DNA of 64,000 nucleotides from positions 133,675-197,674 of the forward strand of contig CAYQRE010000001.1 in the NCBI GenBank assembly GCA_964420075.1, given 5' to 3'. Below, one piece after another: positions 1 to 10,223 of this stretch; positions within the stretch are counted from its first letter, which is position 1; every line of letters begins with the position of its first letter. This DNA comes from an uncultured Thermoanaerobaculia bacterium (GTDB lineage: Bacteria; Acidobacteriota; Thermoanaerobaculia; Multivoradales; SZUA-115). The translations under genes were made by a program, and so were the position numbers. The notes beneath the pieces are model-generated. The model ran no database searches, had not been told where the DNA came from, and saw only the letters and a program-made list of their open reading frames with translations.

Positions 1-172
1 CCACGCGGCGGTAGACGGCGTTCGATCGCGAATGCGACCAGGCTGTTGGAATGAGGAATAGGTTACCAGACTCACTCGCGACCGCCGGGCCCTTTCCCGT
101 GCGACAGAGACGGTACGACGGCACGACACCGCGGGGCCGGCAGCACCCGCCGCGGCACGGCCGCCGGGTTCC

Positions 173-1156
173 ATGACAACATTGCCGCTTCCAGGGCCTG
201 CCGTTTCGCCTCGGGCGCTCGCCGTCGCCTGCGACGCCGGGCCGAGCCCCGCGACCATGACGCCGCTCACCGTCCTCGTCACCACCCGCAACGAAGAGCT
301 CAACCTGGAGCGCACGCTCAGGAGCGTGCACGGCTTCGCGGACCAGATCCTGGTCATCGACTCGGAGAGCGAGGACGCCACGGTCGAGATCGCCCGCCGT
401 TACGCCGACGAGGTGGTCAACCTGCCCTACGAGCACGGCCGGATCATTCCCTGGATCTTCCAATGGGGGCTCGACCACCTGCCGATCCGCAACCCGTGGA
501 TCTTGATCCTCGAGGCCGACCAGGCGGTGACGCCGGCACTGCGCGCCGAGCTCGCCGCCCTGCTGGCGCGGCCGGAGGTGGCCGAGAACGGCTTCTTCAT
601 CCGCCGCCGGCAGATCTTCCGCGGCAAGCCGCTGCGCTTCGGCGGCTACGGCCGCAAGTACCTGATGAAGCTCTTCCGGCGCGGCTGCGGCGAGCTCGAC
701 CCCGTCGAGCAGGACACTCGCGTCTACGTGCGCGGCGCCACCGGCAAGCTCAAGGCGCCCCTCGAAGAGCTGAACCGCAAGGAGGAGGAGATCCTCTTCT
801 ACCTCGGCAAGCACCTGCGCTACGCCGAGGCCTTCGCGCAAGAGGAGCTGCGCCGCCGCCGCGAGAAGCTCGCCTTCAAGGCCCGCGGCCGCTTCTTCGG
901 CACCCCGGACGAACGGGTGCTGTGGCTCAAGGAGCGCTACTACCGCCTCCCTCTCCTCGTGCGCCCGAGCCTCTACTTCCTCTACCGGTACTTCTTCCTG
1001 CTCGGCATCCTCGACGGCAAGAACGGTTTCATCTTCCACTTCCTGCAGGCCTTCTGGTTCCGCCTGATCGTCGACGTGCGGCTCGCGGAGCTGCTGGCGA
1101 CTGCCCCAGGTGAAAAGGTCGTGGCCGCGGCGACCACGGCCGACGACACCCCATGA
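173..1156 (+). CDS. Glycosyltransferase family 2 (alternative, more likely start at ATG 257: MTPLTVLVTTRNEE...)
   Basis: N-terminal GT-A fold signature (VTTRNEE...ILVIDSESED DxD-like, RRYADEV) typical of GT2 LPS/EPS glycosyltransferases; stop overlaps start of next gene (ATGA coupling at 1153-1156). Confidence 0.72.
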   Translation: MTTLPLPGPAVSPRALAVACDAGPSPATMTPLTVLVTTRNEELNLERTLRSVHGFADQILVIDSESEDATVEIARRYADEVVNLPYEHGRIIPWIFQWGLDHLPIRNPWILILEADQAVTPALRAELAALLARPEVAENGFFIRRRQIFRGKPLRFGGYGRKYLMKLFRRGCGELDPVEQDTRVYVRGATGKLKAPLEELNRKEEEILFYLGKHLRYAEAFAQEELRRRREKLAFKARGRFFGTPDERVLWLKERYYRLPLLVRPSLYFLYRYFFLLGILDGKNGFIFHFLQAFWFRLIVDVRLAELLATAPGEKVVAAATTADDTP

Positions 1157-2949
1157 GCCATCCCATCCTCGGTCTCAACGCCTTCCACGCCGACGCCTCG
1201 GCCGCCGGCCTCGCCGACGGCCGGTTCGTCTGCGGGGTCGAAGAAGAACGCTTCCGCCGCGTCAAGCACTGGGCGGGCTTCCCCGAGCTCGCCATCCGCT
1301 TCTGCCTCGGTGAGATCAACGCCGGCCGCTTCGACGGCCTCACCGCGATCGCCGTCTCCCGGCAGCCGCGGGCCTACTTCCTGCAGAAAGTGCTGCTCGC
1401 CCTGCGCCACCCGCGCAGCCTTGGACGCGCCGCCGGCCGGGTGCGCAACCTGGCGGCGATCGCCTCCCTCGACGAGCGCTTCCAGGCCGCCTTCGGGGCC
1501 GAGCTCGGCAATCAGAAGCTGCCCACCATCCACCCCATCGAGCACCACCTGGCGCACATCGCCTCGGCGTTCTTCGCCTCGCCCTTCGAGGAGGCGATGT
1601 GCCTCACCGTCGACGGCTTCGGGGACTTCGTCTCGACCATGCAGGCGGTGGGCCGGGGCAACCGGATCGAGGTGCTCGAGCGCGTGCATTTCCCCCACTC
1701 GCTGGGCCTCTTCTACACCGCCATCACGCAGTTCCTCGGCTTCCACGGCTTCGGCGACGAATACAAAGTGATGGGCCTCGCGGCCTACGGCGAGCCACGC
1801 TTTGCGGCGGCCCTGGAGCAGGTGGTCCCGGCGCGAGCGGACGGCAGCTTCACGCTCGACCTCGCCTACTTCCGCCATCTCTCCGCAGGCGTCGACATGA
1901 GCTGGGATGACGGCGAGCCGCGGCTGGGGATGGTCTTCACCCCCAAGCTCGCCGAGCTCCTGGGGCCGGCCCGGGCGCCGCGAGCCGAGCTCGAGCAGCG
2001 CCACAAAGACCTCGCCGCCTCGCTGCAGGCGGTCTACGAGGCGCGCTTCTTCGCTCTCGTGCGCGCCCTGCAAAAGCGCACTGACCTCAAGCGCCTGGCG
2101 CTCGCCGGCGGCTGCGCCATGAACTCGCTCGCCAACGGCAAGCTCTTCGAGCGCACGGACGTCGAAGAGGTCTACATCCAGGCGGCGGCCGGCGACGCCG
2201 GCACCTCGCTGGGGGCCGCCCTCTACGTACAGCACGCCGTGCTCGGCCTGCCGCGCTCGTTCGTGATGGAGCATTGCTCCTGGGGGCCGGCCTACGGCGA
2301 GGCGGCGGTGCGCTCGGCGCTCGCCGCTGCGCTGCCCGGCTCGGGAGGGCAGGACGGGCGGCACGCCTACGAGGGCGAAGAGCTGCTGCTCGCCACGGCC
2401 CCCGACCTCGCGACCCTCTGCCGAGAGACCGCCCAGGGCCTCGCCGCTGGCGAGGTGGTGGGCTGGTATCAGGGCCGCTCCGAGTGGGGGCCGCGGGCCC
2501 TCGGCAACCGCTCGATCCTCGCCGATCCTCGCCGGTCCGACATGAAAGAGGTCCTCAACCTGAAGATCAAGCGGCGGGAGTCCTTCCGGCCCTTTGCGCC
2601 GTCGATCCTCGAGGAAGAGACCGCCGCCTGGTTCACCGTCGACTACCCCGATCCCTTCATGATCAAGGTCTACCCGATCCGCCCGGAGCGCCGGGCCCAG
2701 GTGCCGGCGGTGACCCACGTCGACGGTACGGGTCGGCTGCAGACCGTCGCCCAGCGCACCAACCCCCGCTACTGGCAGCTGATCGACGCCTTCCGGCGTG
2801 AGACGGGGGTGCCAATGGTGCTCAACACCTCGTTCAACGAGAACGAGCCGATCGTCAACACCCCTACCGAGGCCCTCGACTGCTTCCTGCGTACCAAGAT
2901 GGACCGCCTGGTGATGGGGGACGTGGTGCTGCGGCGGCCGGGCTCCTGA
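1153..2949 (+). CDS. Carbamoyltransferase, NodU/CmcH family
   Basis: 598 aa; N-terminal ILGLNAFHADASAA...EEERF motif and central KVMGLAAYGEP motif characteristic of NodU/CmcH O-carbamoyltransferases; C-terminal YrdC-like half (NLKIKRRESFRPFAPS). Confidence 0.85.
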   Translation: MSHPILGLNAFHADASAAGLADGRFVCGVEEERFRRVKHWAGFPELAIRFCLGEINAGRFDGLTAIAVSRQPRAYFLQKVLLALRHPRSLGRAAGRVRNLAAIASLDERFQAAFGAELGNQKLPTIHPIEHHLAHIASAFFASPFEEAMCLTVDGFGDFVSTMQAVGRGNRIEVLERVHFPHSLGLFYTAITQFLGFHGFGDEYKVMGLAAYGEPRFAAALEQVVPARADGSFTLDLAYFRHLSAGVDMSWDDGEPRLGMVFTPKLAELLGPARAPRAELEQRHKDLAASLQAVYEARFFALVRALQKRTDLKRLALAGGCAMNSLANGKLFERTDVEEVYIQAAAGDAGTSLGAALYVQHAVLGLPRSFVMEHCSWGPAYGEAAVRSALAAALPGSGGQDGRHAYEGEELLLATAPDLATLCRETAQGLAAGEVVGWYQGRSEWGPRALGNRSILADPRRSDMKEVLNLKIKRRESFRPFAPSILEEETAAWFTVDYPDPFMIKVYPIRPERRAQVPAVTHVDGTGRLQTVAQRTNPRYWQLIDAFRRETGVPMVLNTSFNENEPIVNTPTEALDCFLRTKMDRLVMGDVVLRRPGS

Positions 2950-2954
2950 ACCCG

Positions 2955-3827
2955 ATGAAGGCCCTGGTGCGCCGCCTGCTCCCCGCCGGGGCTTACGCGG
3001 CGCTGGCTGCCGGCTTCGACCGCCTGCGCCGGCTCCACCCGGAGCGCCGCCGCCGGGCGCGCCAGCACCGGCAGCTCAACCGTGGCGCGGGGGATGACGC
3101 GATGGTGCTGCGGCCGGGCCTGCGCCTCGCTGTTGACCCGCGCGCCCGCGCTTCCTTCGAGCACTTCTGCTTCCGTTCGCTGGCGATGGCCCGCGAGCTC
3201 GACGCCTTCCTCGCCGCGCGCGAGGGCCGCACTCGGCTGGTCGACGTCGGGGCCCTGCACGGGCTCTTCGCCCTCGCGTTCACCGCCGGCCGGCCGGCCG
3301 CCCGTGCCCTCGCCATCGACCCCTCCCCCGTGGCCCAGGAGACCCTCCGCGCCAACCTCGCGCGCAACCCGGACTGCCAGGTCGAGGCCCTGCAGCTCGC
3401 CCTCGGCGACCGCGACGGCACCCTCGCCATGCGCCAGGAGTGGGAGCACCTCGAGGCCCTGCCGGCGGGCGCGCAGGCCGACGCCGCCGGGGTCCTGACC
3501 GTCGAGCAGATCACCCTCGACAGCCTGCTCGCCGGCCGCGCCTTCGTGCCGGACCTCCTCAAGATCGACGTCGAGGGCTACGAGCTGGCGGTGCTCAGGG
3601 GGGCCCGCGCCACCCTGGAGCAGGCCCGCCCATGGCTCTTCTTGGAGCTCCATCCACAGCGCTTGGCGGAGCTCGGGGCCTCCGCCACCGCCGTCGTCGC
3701 CTGGCTCGCCGCTGCCGGCTATTCTCTGCAAGCCATCGGCGGCGGCAGCCTGCAGCGCCACCTCGCGGCCGGGCGGGTGTTCCGGGCGGTGGCAAGGTCG
3801 CGCGAGGACGGCCCCGCCCGGGGATGA
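2955..3827 (+). CDS. FkbM-family SAM-dependent methyltransferase
   Basis: LVDVGALHGLFALAF (SAM-binding) and LKIDVEGYELAVLRGA motif diagnostic of FkbM methyltransferases. Confidence 0.72.
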   Translation: MKALVRRLLPAGAYAALAAGFDRLRRLHPERRRRARQHRQLNRGAGDDAMVLRPGLRLAVDPRARASFEHFCFRSLAMARELDAFLAAREGRTRLVDVGALHGLFALAFTAGRPAARALAIDPSPVAQETLRANLARNPDCQVEALQLALGDRDGTLAMRQEWEHLEALPAGAQADAAGVLTVEQITLDSLLAGRAFVPDLLKIDVEGYELAVLRGARATLEQARPWLFLELHPQRLAELGASATAVVAWLAAAGYSLQAIGGGSLQRHLAAGRVFRAVARSREDGPARG

Positions 3828-3933
3828 ATCCCCGGGCTACCGACCTCGGCCCCTGGCGGGGCCCCGGGACGGACCCCCCTTCAGGCCGGACTGGGAGGGG
3901 CCGGTTTCAAACCGACCCTGGTCAACCACCCTC

Positions 3934-4836
3934 CTACCGTCGCAGCCGCCGCAGCAGCTCGCCGACGAGGAGCGAAAGCGGGCCGGCCATGCGAGCCGGG
4001 CGGCTGCGCAGGGCGACGGGCCCGGCGTCGGCCGCTGGCGGCAGGGCCAGGGCCTCGGCGAGGCGGTGGCGCAGCGGGCTCACGAAATGGAAGCCGACAG
4101 CGCCAGGATCGAGCGGGGTCGCGGCGCCGGGGATCACCAGCTGCCTGGGGTCGAGGAGATGGCAGCCGGCGCGGCCGCCGAGGAGGGCCCAGGCCGTCTG
4201 CTCGGCCCAGGCCGGCGGCTGCAGGAGCCCGGGCCGGGCGACGAAGCGTTCGAGGAGAGCGAGGTCGAGGTGACGGCGGTCGAAGGCCAGGATGCCGGTG
4301 TTGACGCGGCCGGGCAGCCGCAGCCAGCGACCCCGCAGGCGATGCCAAGAGCGCACGGTGTAGGCGTGCTGCACGTCTGCCATGAAGAGGGCGCCGCAGC
4401 CCTCCGGGCGGCTGAACAGGCCGCGGAACGACCGCCGAAAGAGCACGTCGGTGTCGCAGTAGGCGACGCTGTCGCCGGCCGCGAGCAGGGGGACGTCGAG
4501 GAGCTTCGCGGCAAGGGGGCTTGCGGCCCGAAAGGCCCGCAGCGCCGGGTAGGGCGCCAAGAGCTCGGCGAGGGCCCGGTCGGCCGCGGACCGGGGCAGG
4601 ACGTCAAGGGGGCCGACGGCCGCGGCGAGGCGCTCATGGTCGGCGGCCGTGAGCGTGCCGTCGTCGTGGACGCGCAGGCGAAGCGGCTCGACCGAGAGGC
4701 GGACGAGGCTCGCGAGGCAGGGCAGGGCGGTCGCCAGCTGGCCGGTGCCGAGCAGCGTGGCGACGACGCTCGGCACGCGGTCTGCCGCGGGCCCCGCTGG
4801 GCCACCCCCTACGCCGTCTGTTTGGCCGTCCGGCAT
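3934..4836 (-). CDS. Putative nucleotide-diphospho-sugar transferase (GT8-like glycosyltransferase)
   Basis: 300 aa on minus strand; DxD-like YCDTDVLF and VNTGILAFD motifs reminiscent of GT8/GT-A transferases; overlapping plus-strand ORFs are Arg/Pro-rich artefacts. Family assignment tentative. Confidence 0.42.
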   Translation of the reverse strand: MPDGQTDGVGGGPAGPAADRVPSVVATLLGTGQLATALPCLASLVRLSVEPLRLRVHDDGTLTAADHERLAAAVGPLDVLPRSAADRALAELLAPYPALRAFRAASPLAAKLLDVPLLAAGDSVAYCDTDVLFRRSFRGLFSRPEGCGALFMADVQHAYTVRSWHRLRGRWLRLPGRVNTGILAFDRRHLDLALLERFVARPGLLQPPAWAEQTAWALLGGRAGCHLLDPRQLVIPGAATPLDPGAVGFHFVSPLRHRLAEALALPPAADAGPVALRSRPARMAGPLSLLVGELLRRLRR

Positions 4837-4870
4837 CGAGCGACTATTCTAGCGAGCCACTTCGAACATC

Positions 4871-5953
4871 ATGACCGCGCCCGCCCCTGCTGCTGCGGCC
4901 TTCCGCCGCCTGCGCCGCCTGCTCCTCGGGCTCCTCGCTGTCGCCGTCTGCGGCGAGGTGGCGCTCCGCCTGGCCGACGCCGCCCTGGACCGCCCCACCG
5001 GCTCGCTCTACGACCACATCGTTCCCGCGGGCGACCGCTACAAGCTGACCCCCGGCGGCCGGGTGGTGGCGCCCGAGCGCTACGGAGACATCGAGTACCG
5101 CTTCAACCGCCAGGGCTACCGCGACCGCGACCACGACCCGGCCGCGCCAGGCGAGCGCATCGTCCTCCTCGGGGACTCGGTGACCTTCGGCCTCGGCGCC
5201 GCCTACGCCGACATCTACCCGGTGCAGCTCGCCGGCCTCCTCTCCCAGCGCTATGGCCCGCGCTACGAGGTGGTGAACCTCGCGATCTTCGCCTACGACA
5301 CCCAGCACGAGCTGGAGGCCCTCGCCGAGGACGGTCTCGGCGACCGCCCGACACTGGTGGTGGTGCAGTTCTACCTCAACGATTTCGCCATCCATGCGCC
5401 CCGTGGTGACGGGCCGCCGCCCCGCCTCAGCCTCGGCCAGCGCCTGGTCGGCCTCAAGAACCTGTTGCTCTACCGCTCGAACCTCTACCGCCGCCTGCAC
5501 CAGCTGGCGACCACGGCGACGTACCGCTTCTTCCATGACCGCCGCCGGCTCGCGCACCCCGCGACGCTCAACCGCGCCGAGCCGGTCGACAAGCTGCGCT
5601 ATCTGACCGACCACCCCGACGATGCCGACGTCCCTGCCTTCGTCGCCCTGCGCCGCATCGCCGACCTCGCTCGCGAGCACGGCGCACGCACGCTCGTCCT
5701 GCTTTCGCCCGACGAGGTACAGCTGTTCGACGCCGCCTACGACGGCATCCAGGCCCGCTTCGCCCGCTTCGCGGCGAACGCCGAGATCCCCTTCCTGGAC
5801 CTTCTCCCCGGCCTGCGGGCCGAGCCCAAGCACCACAAGCTCTTCCTCGACGGGGTGCATTTGAGCCCGCGCGGCCACCGGCGGGTGGCCGAGCTGCTGC
5901 TCGCCGAGCTCGTCCGCCGCGGGCTCGTCGGCGAGGCCGCCCCGGCCCCGTGA
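4871..5953 (+). CDS. SGNH/GDSL-family hydrolase (likely partner of the downstream O-acetyltransferase)
   Basis: N-terminal TM/signal, block I GDSx motif (IVLLGDSVTFG), C-terminal DGVHLSPRGH (block V D-x-x-H); stop overlaps next start. Confidence 0.6.
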   Translation: MTAPAPAAAAFRRLRRLLLGLLAVAVCGEVALRLADAALDRPTGSLYDHIVPAGDRYKLTPGGRVVAPERYGDIEYRFNRQGYRDRDHDPAAPGERIVLLGDSVTFGLGAAYADIYPVQLAGLLSQRYGPRYEVVNLAIFAYDTQHELEALAEDGLGDRPTLVVVQFYLNDFAIHAPRGDGPPPRLSLGQRLVGLKNLLLYRSNLYRRLHQLATTATYRFFHDRRRLAHPATLNRAEPVDKLRYLTDHPDDADVPAFVALRRIADLAREHGARTLVLLSPDEVQLFDAAYDGIQARFARFAANAEIPFLDLLPGLRAEPKHHKLFLDGVHLSPRGHRRVAELLLAELVRRGLVGEAAPAP

Positions 5954-7077
5954 GCCGCGGCGCCAGCGGCCCGGCCGCCCCCCACTTTCCCGGGCTCGAC
6001 AGCCTGCGGGCCTACGCCGCGCTCTTCGTGGTGATCGGTCACGTCCCCCTCAATCAGGCGAGCCTCGGCCTGCCCAACCCGCACTACGGGGCTCTCTTCT
6101 TCCGCGGCGCCACGGCGGTCTCCTTCTTCTTCACCCTGAGCGGCTTCCTGATCACCTACCTGCTGCTCGGCGAGCAGGCCCGGCGGGGCCGCATCGACGT
6201 CAAGGCCTTCTACCTGCGGCGGGTGCTGCGGATCTGGCCCCTCTACTACACGGTGGTCCTCTGCGGCCTCCTCTTCTACAACGCCCTGCTGCCGCGGCTG
6301 GGGATCGCCTACGAGGTGCGCTACCCGCTGCCCCTGGCCGCGGCGCTCTACGTGCTCTTCCTGCCCAATTTGATGAACAGCCTCTACGCGGTGGGCGGCA
6401 TTCTCAACCCCACCTGGTCGATCGGCATCGAAGAACAGTTCTACCTCTCCTGGGCGCCGGCCCTGCGGCGCTGGCACCACCGGCTGCCGGCCCTGGCGGC
6501 AGCGGTGCTCGTCGCCTCGCTTGCCACCTTCCTGTTGAGCCCCCTCGCCGTGGGAGAGGTGGGATGGGCGCCCAAGTTCCTCGACCAGCTGAAGTTCCAC
6601 TTCATGGCGGCGGGTGCGCTGGCCGCCTGGGCGCTCTTCCACCACCGCGAGCGGCTGCTGGCGAGCCCCGTCTTTCGCCGGCCGTGGCTCCAGGGGCTCC
6701 TCGGTCTCCTGGTGGTGCAGTTCTACTTCGTCGACGTCTTCCACTTCGGCCGCAACACCGCCGAGCTCTTTCAGCTCGCCCTCTACCCCTGGCTGCTCGT
6801 CGAGATCGGCGCCAACCCGGCGCGCCGCCTGCCGCTCACCAATCGGCCGGCCGAGTACCTGGGGCGGATCTCCTACGGGCTCTACATGTTGCACATGCCG
6901 GTGGTCTACGCCACGTCCTGGCTCTTCGCCCGCAGCGGTTGGTTGCGGGGCCATCTGCTGCTCTATGTGCTCGCCTACTACGGCCTCGCCCTGGGCCTGA
7001 CAGTCGGCGTCGCGGCCCTCTCGTATCGCTACCTCGAAACCCCCATCCTGCGGCTCAAGGAGCGCTTCAGCCGTTGA
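5950..7077 (+). CDS. Acyltransferase family 3 (OafA/YrhL-like membrane O-acetyltransferase)
   Basis: Multi-TM protein with N-terminal LDSLRAYAALFVVIGH and RIWPLYY motifs typical of acyltransferase_3. Confidence 0.78.
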   Translation: MSRGASGPAAPHFPGLDSLRAYAALFVVIGHVPLNQASLGLPNPHYGALFFRGATAVSFFFTLSGFLITYLLLGEQARRGRIDVKAFYLRRVLRIWPLYYTVVLCGLLFYNALLPRLGIAYEVRYPLPLAAALYVLFLPNLMNSLYAVGGILNPTWSIGIEEQFYLSWAPALRRWHHRLPALAAAVLVASLATFLLSPLAVGEVGWAPKFLDQLKFHFMAAGALAAWALFHHRERLLASPVFRRPWLQGLLGLLVVQFYFVDVFHFGRNTAELFQLALYPWLLVEIGANPARRLPLTNRPAEYLGRISYGLYMLHMPVVYATSWLFARSGWLRGHLLLYVLAYYGLALGLTVGVAALSYRYLETPILRLKERFSR

Positions 7078-7097
7078 TCCGCGCGCCGGCGCGGCGC

Positions 7098-7109
7098 GGC
7101 TGGTAGACT
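7098..7109 (+). promoter_or_regulatory. GGCTGGTAGACT element (extended -10-like TGgTAGACT), copy 1 of 2
   Basis: Identical 12-mer occurs again at 10224-10235, 11 nt before the wecA-like GTG. A related GGTTACCAGACT lies at 61-72 and an isolated TAGACT at 29122-29127, 8 nt before pcm ATG. Confidence 0.4.
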
Positions 7110-7189
7110 TCCATGTTGTCCCCGAAGCCGTCTCGAGGCATGCCCGCGAGGCTCTTGCTCGACATTTCTAGCCAAATGAGAATCTCAAG

Positions 7190-8209
7190 ATGACCTGGAA
7201 AGAGAAGCGCGTCCTCGTCACCGGCGGGGCTTCCTTCATCAGCTCCCACCTGATCGACCTCCTGGTCGCCAAGGGCGCCACCCGCATCCGCGTGGTGGAC
7301 GACCTGTCGAGCGGCAGGCTGGCCAACATCCAGCACCACCTCGACGCCGGGGTCGTGGAGATGCGCAAGGCGGACCTCCTCGAGCCGGGGGTGGCCCAGG
7401 AGTCGGTGCGCGACATCGACGTCGTCTTCCACCTCGCCGCCATCCACGGCGGGCGCGGCTTCGTGGACCTCCACCAGGCGGCCTGCGCCCAGAACCTGGC
7501 GATGGACGGCCTCCTGGTCAAGGCAGCCTACGAGTCGGGGGTGGACAAGTTCGTCTTCGCCTCCTCCGGCTGCGTCTACCCCAACTTCCTGCAGCAGGAC
7601 GTTCGCCAGGAGCTCTACCTGACCGAGGACATGGTCGGGCCGCCCTACGACGCCGACAACATGTACGGCTGGGCGAAGCTGATGACGGAGATGACGCTCA
7701 AGGCCTACCACAAGGACTTCGGCTTCAAGTCGGCCTCGTGCCGCTTCTTCACCGTCTACGGCGAGCGGGGGGTGGAAAACCACGCGGTGATCGCGATGAT
7801 CGCCCGCGCCTTCGTCAAGCAGAGCCCCTTCGAGATTTGGGGGGACGGCACCCAGGTGCGCAACTGGACCTACGTGGGTGACATCGTCTCCGGCATGGTG
7901 CTCGCCGCCGAGAGGATCGACGACGGCACCGCCGTCAACCTCGGCACCGAGGAGCGCACGCGGGTGATCGACGCCGTGTATGAGGTGCTGCGCTACACGG
8001 ACCACCAGGCCGAGATCAAGCTCCTCACCCACATGCCCACCGGGCCGCTCAACCGGGTGGCGAAGAACGACCTCGCCCGCGAGCTCCTCGGCTGGGAGCC
8101 CAAGATGAGCTTCATCGACGGCCTGCACCGCACGATCGACTGGTACTTCGCCTCCAAGCGGCGCGAGGAGGTCGGCGGCTACCTCGCCGAGATGCTGACC
8201 GAGCGGTAG
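7190..8209 (+). CDS. NAD-dependent epimerase/dehydratase (nucleotide-sugar epimerase/dehydratase family)
   Basis: Rossmann motif VLVTGGASFISSHL, catalytic YxxxK region (NMYGWAKLMTE), 339 aa; extended SDR family. Confidence 0.85.
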   Translation: MTWKEKRVLVTGGASFISSHLIDLLVAKGATRIRVVDDLSSGRLANIQHHLDAGVVEMRKADLLEPGVAQESVRDIDVVFHLAAIHGGRGFVDLHQAACAQNLAMDGLLVKAAYESGVDKFVFASSGCVYPNFLQQDVRQELYLTEDMVGPPYDADNMYGWAKLMTEMTLKAYHKDFGFKSASCRFFTVYGERGVENHAVIAMIARAFVKQSPFEIWGDGTQVRNWTYVGDIVSGMVLAAERIDDGTAVNLGTEERTRVIDAVYEVLRYTDHQAEIKLLTHMPTGPLNRVAKNDLARELLGWEPKMSFIDGLHRTIDWYFASKRREEVGGYLAEMLTER

Positions 8210-8238
8210 GGGGCGAAGGCCACCTGCCGCGCAGCTCG

Positions 8239-9348
8239 ATGCCCCGCCTCGTCTACCTCTGCGACTGGCTGCCGCCGGATTTCGGGGCCGTGGGCCAGTA
8301 CAGCCAGCTCTTCGCCCGCGAGCGGGCGGCGGCCGGTGAGGAGGTGGTGCTCGCCGGCTTGTCGTCGACGGCCAGCTCCGTCGAGAGCGAGACCGTGGGG
8401 GCGGGCCGGTTGACCACGGTGCGTTTGCACGCCCCGACCTACGACCGCGCCGACTTTGCCAGCCGCGCCCGCTGGACCCTCAGCACCAACGCCCGGCTGC
8501 TCTGGCGGCTGCGCCGCGAGCTGGCGGCGGCCGACGAGGTGCTGTTCACCGGCAGCCCGCCCTTCCTGCTCCATCTGGTGGCGCCGCTCAACAGCTTGCT
8601 GCGCAAACAGCTCACCTACCGCATCACCGACTTCCATCCCGAGGTGCTGATGGCGGAGCTCGGCCGCGTGCCCTGGCCGCTCGCCGCCTTCTATCGGCTG
8701 ACCCTCGCCCTGCGCCGCCAGGTGGATGGCTTCGAGGTGCTGGGCGAGGACCAGCGCCGGCGCCTCCTCGCCATCGACGTCCCGGCCGAGCGCATCCGCC
8801 TGAAACGCGACCCCAGCCCGGTCGACCTGCCACCCGGTACCCAGCCCCTCGCCTTACCCGGCGAGCTCGCTGGCAAGGTGGTGCTGCTCTACTCGGGGAA
8901 CTTCGGGGTGGCCCACGATCACGAGACGTTCGTCGAAGGCTACCGCCGCCACCACCGCGCGGGCTCGGGGCGGGTGGGGCTGTGGCTCAACGCCACGGGA
9001 GCGCGGGCCGACAAGGTGGAGGGCCTGCTGCGCGACGCCGGCCTTCCCCACCACCGCTCGCGCCCCGTTCCCCTCGCCGAGCTGCCGCGGTTGCTGGTCA
9101 CCCCCGCCGCCCACCTCATCACCCTGCGTGACGAGCTGGTGGGCTTCGTGCTGCCCTCGAAGGTCTACGGCTGCCTGCAGTCGGGCCTGCCCCTCCTCTA
9201 CGTGGGGAGCGCCGACTCCGACGTCCACCTGCTGGCCGCCGAGGCCCTACCGCCCGAGCGCTACTTCCGGGCCGCCGTGGGAGACGCCACGGCCGTCGCC
9301 GCCGCCCTCGAAGCGATCGCCGACCTCGCCGGGTCGCCCGCCCGATGA
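8239..9348 (+). CDS. Glycosyltransferase family 4 (WcaI/WbuB-like)
   Basis: C-terminal GT-B motif ...LPSKVYGCLQSGLPLLYVG (E-x7-E region equivalent) and LYSGNFG block. Confidence 0.6.
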   Translation: MPRLVYLCDWLPPDFGAVGQYSQLFARERAAAGEEVVLAGLSSTASSVESETVGAGRLTTVRLHAPTYDRADFASRARWTLSTNARLLWRLRRELAAADEVLFTGSPPFLLHLVAPLNSLLRKQLTYRITDFHPEVLMAELGRVPWPLAAFYRLTLALRRQVDGFEVLGEDQRRRLLAIDVPAERIRLKRDPSPVDLPPGTQPLALPGELAGKVVLLYSGNFGVAHDHETFVEGYRRHHRAGSGRVGLWLNATGARADKVEGLLRDAGLPHHRSRPVPLAELPRLLVTPAAHLITLRDELVGFVLPSKVYGCLQSGLPLLYVGSADSDVHLLAAEALPPERYFRAAVGDATAVAAALEAIADLAGSPAR

Positions 9349-10139
9349 GCGCGGGGCTCAAGGCGGCGCTGCGCAGCCGCCTCCCTCGCCTCTTCCTCGC
9401 CCTGCGCGATCTGCGCTACCGGCTCCGCCCGGAACGCCCGGACCCGTCGCTCACGGAGCTCCTCACCCGCCTGTCTCCCGGAGCGCTCCGGGTGCAGAGC
9501 GGCCCCTTCGCCGCCATGACCTACCTGCCGCAGGCGCTGGGGAGCGGTCTCCTGCCGAAGATCGCCGGCACCTACGAGGCCGAGCTCCATCCGGTCCTCG
9601 AGCGAGCGATCGGCCGCCGGCCACGACGGCTGGTGAACATTGGCGCGGCGGAGGGCTACTATGCCGTCGGCCTCGCCCGCCGGCTGCCGGAGCTCGCTGT
9701 CTATGCCTTTGACCTCGAGCCCTTGGCTTTGCGTCGCCTGCCCGCCCTGGCGGCGGCCAACGGGGTAGCCGGGCGGGTGCAGTTCGAGAACCGCTGCACT
9801 CCCGCTCGCCTCGCCGTGCTGGCCGGCCCAGGCTGCCTCGTGGTCTGCGACTGCGAGGGCTGCGAGGCGGCGCTGCTCGACCCGCGGCAAGCCCCGGCGC
9901 TTGCCGCCGCGGACCTCCTCGTCGAGCTTCACCGGGCCGGCGACCCCGGCCGGCCCGAGGCCGTCCTCGCCCGCTTCGCCACCAGCCACCACTGCGAGCT
10001 CATCGAGGCCCAGCCGCCACCCGGCTCCCTGCCGCCTCAGCTGGCGGCCCGCCTGCGACCCGAGGAGCACGCCCGGGTGACCGACGAGGGACGGATCGAC
10101 GGCTTCCTCTGGGCCTGGCTCACGCCCCGGCAGCGCTGA
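9345..10139 (+). CDS. Putative methyltransferase (FkbM-like / class I SAM-dependent)
   Basis: LVNIGAAEGYYAVGLA SAM-binding-like motif and CDCEGCE resembling FkbM IDxEGxE; start overlaps previous stop. Tentative. Confidence 0.45.
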   Translation: MSAGLKAALRSRLPRLFLALRDLRYRLRPERPDPSLTELLTRLSPGALRVQSGPFAAMTYLPQALGSGLLPKIAGTYEAELHPVLERAIGRRPRRLVNIGAAEGYYAVGLARRLPELAVYAFDLEPLALRRLPALAAANGVAGRVQFENRCTPARLAVLAGPGCLVVCDCEGCEAALLDPRQAPALAAADLLVELHRAGDPGRPEAVLARFATSHHCELIEAQPPPGSLPPQLAARLRPEEHARVTDEGRIDGFLWAWLTPRQR

Positions 10140-10161
10140 TCCCACTCTCGCTCTCGTCGCA

Positions 10162-10182
10162 GGGCGGGTTTGAAACCCGCCC
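10162..10182 (+). terminator. GC-rich hairpin (GGGCGGGT-ttgaa-ACCCGCCC) after the methyltransferase gene
   Basis: Perfect 8-bp GC stem with 5-nt loop 23 nt after stop codon at 10139; no U-tract, as is common in high-GC genomes. Confidence 0.4.
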
Positions 10183-10223
10183 CTACACAACCCGGGCGCC
10201 ATTCGGCCCCCTGTCTCATGGCC

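Noticed and set aside
982-2718. Long minus-strand ORF (578 aa) antisense to carbamoyltransferase 1
   Set aside because: Gly/Arg/Glu-rich low-complexity translation typical of antisense frames in ~70% GC DNA; the plus-strand ORF carries diagnostic NodU motifs.
7113-7172. Short ATG-initiated ORF immediately after the TAGACT element at 7104-7109
   Set aside because: Only 19 codons; no conservation basis. More likely 5' UTR of the epimerase gene.
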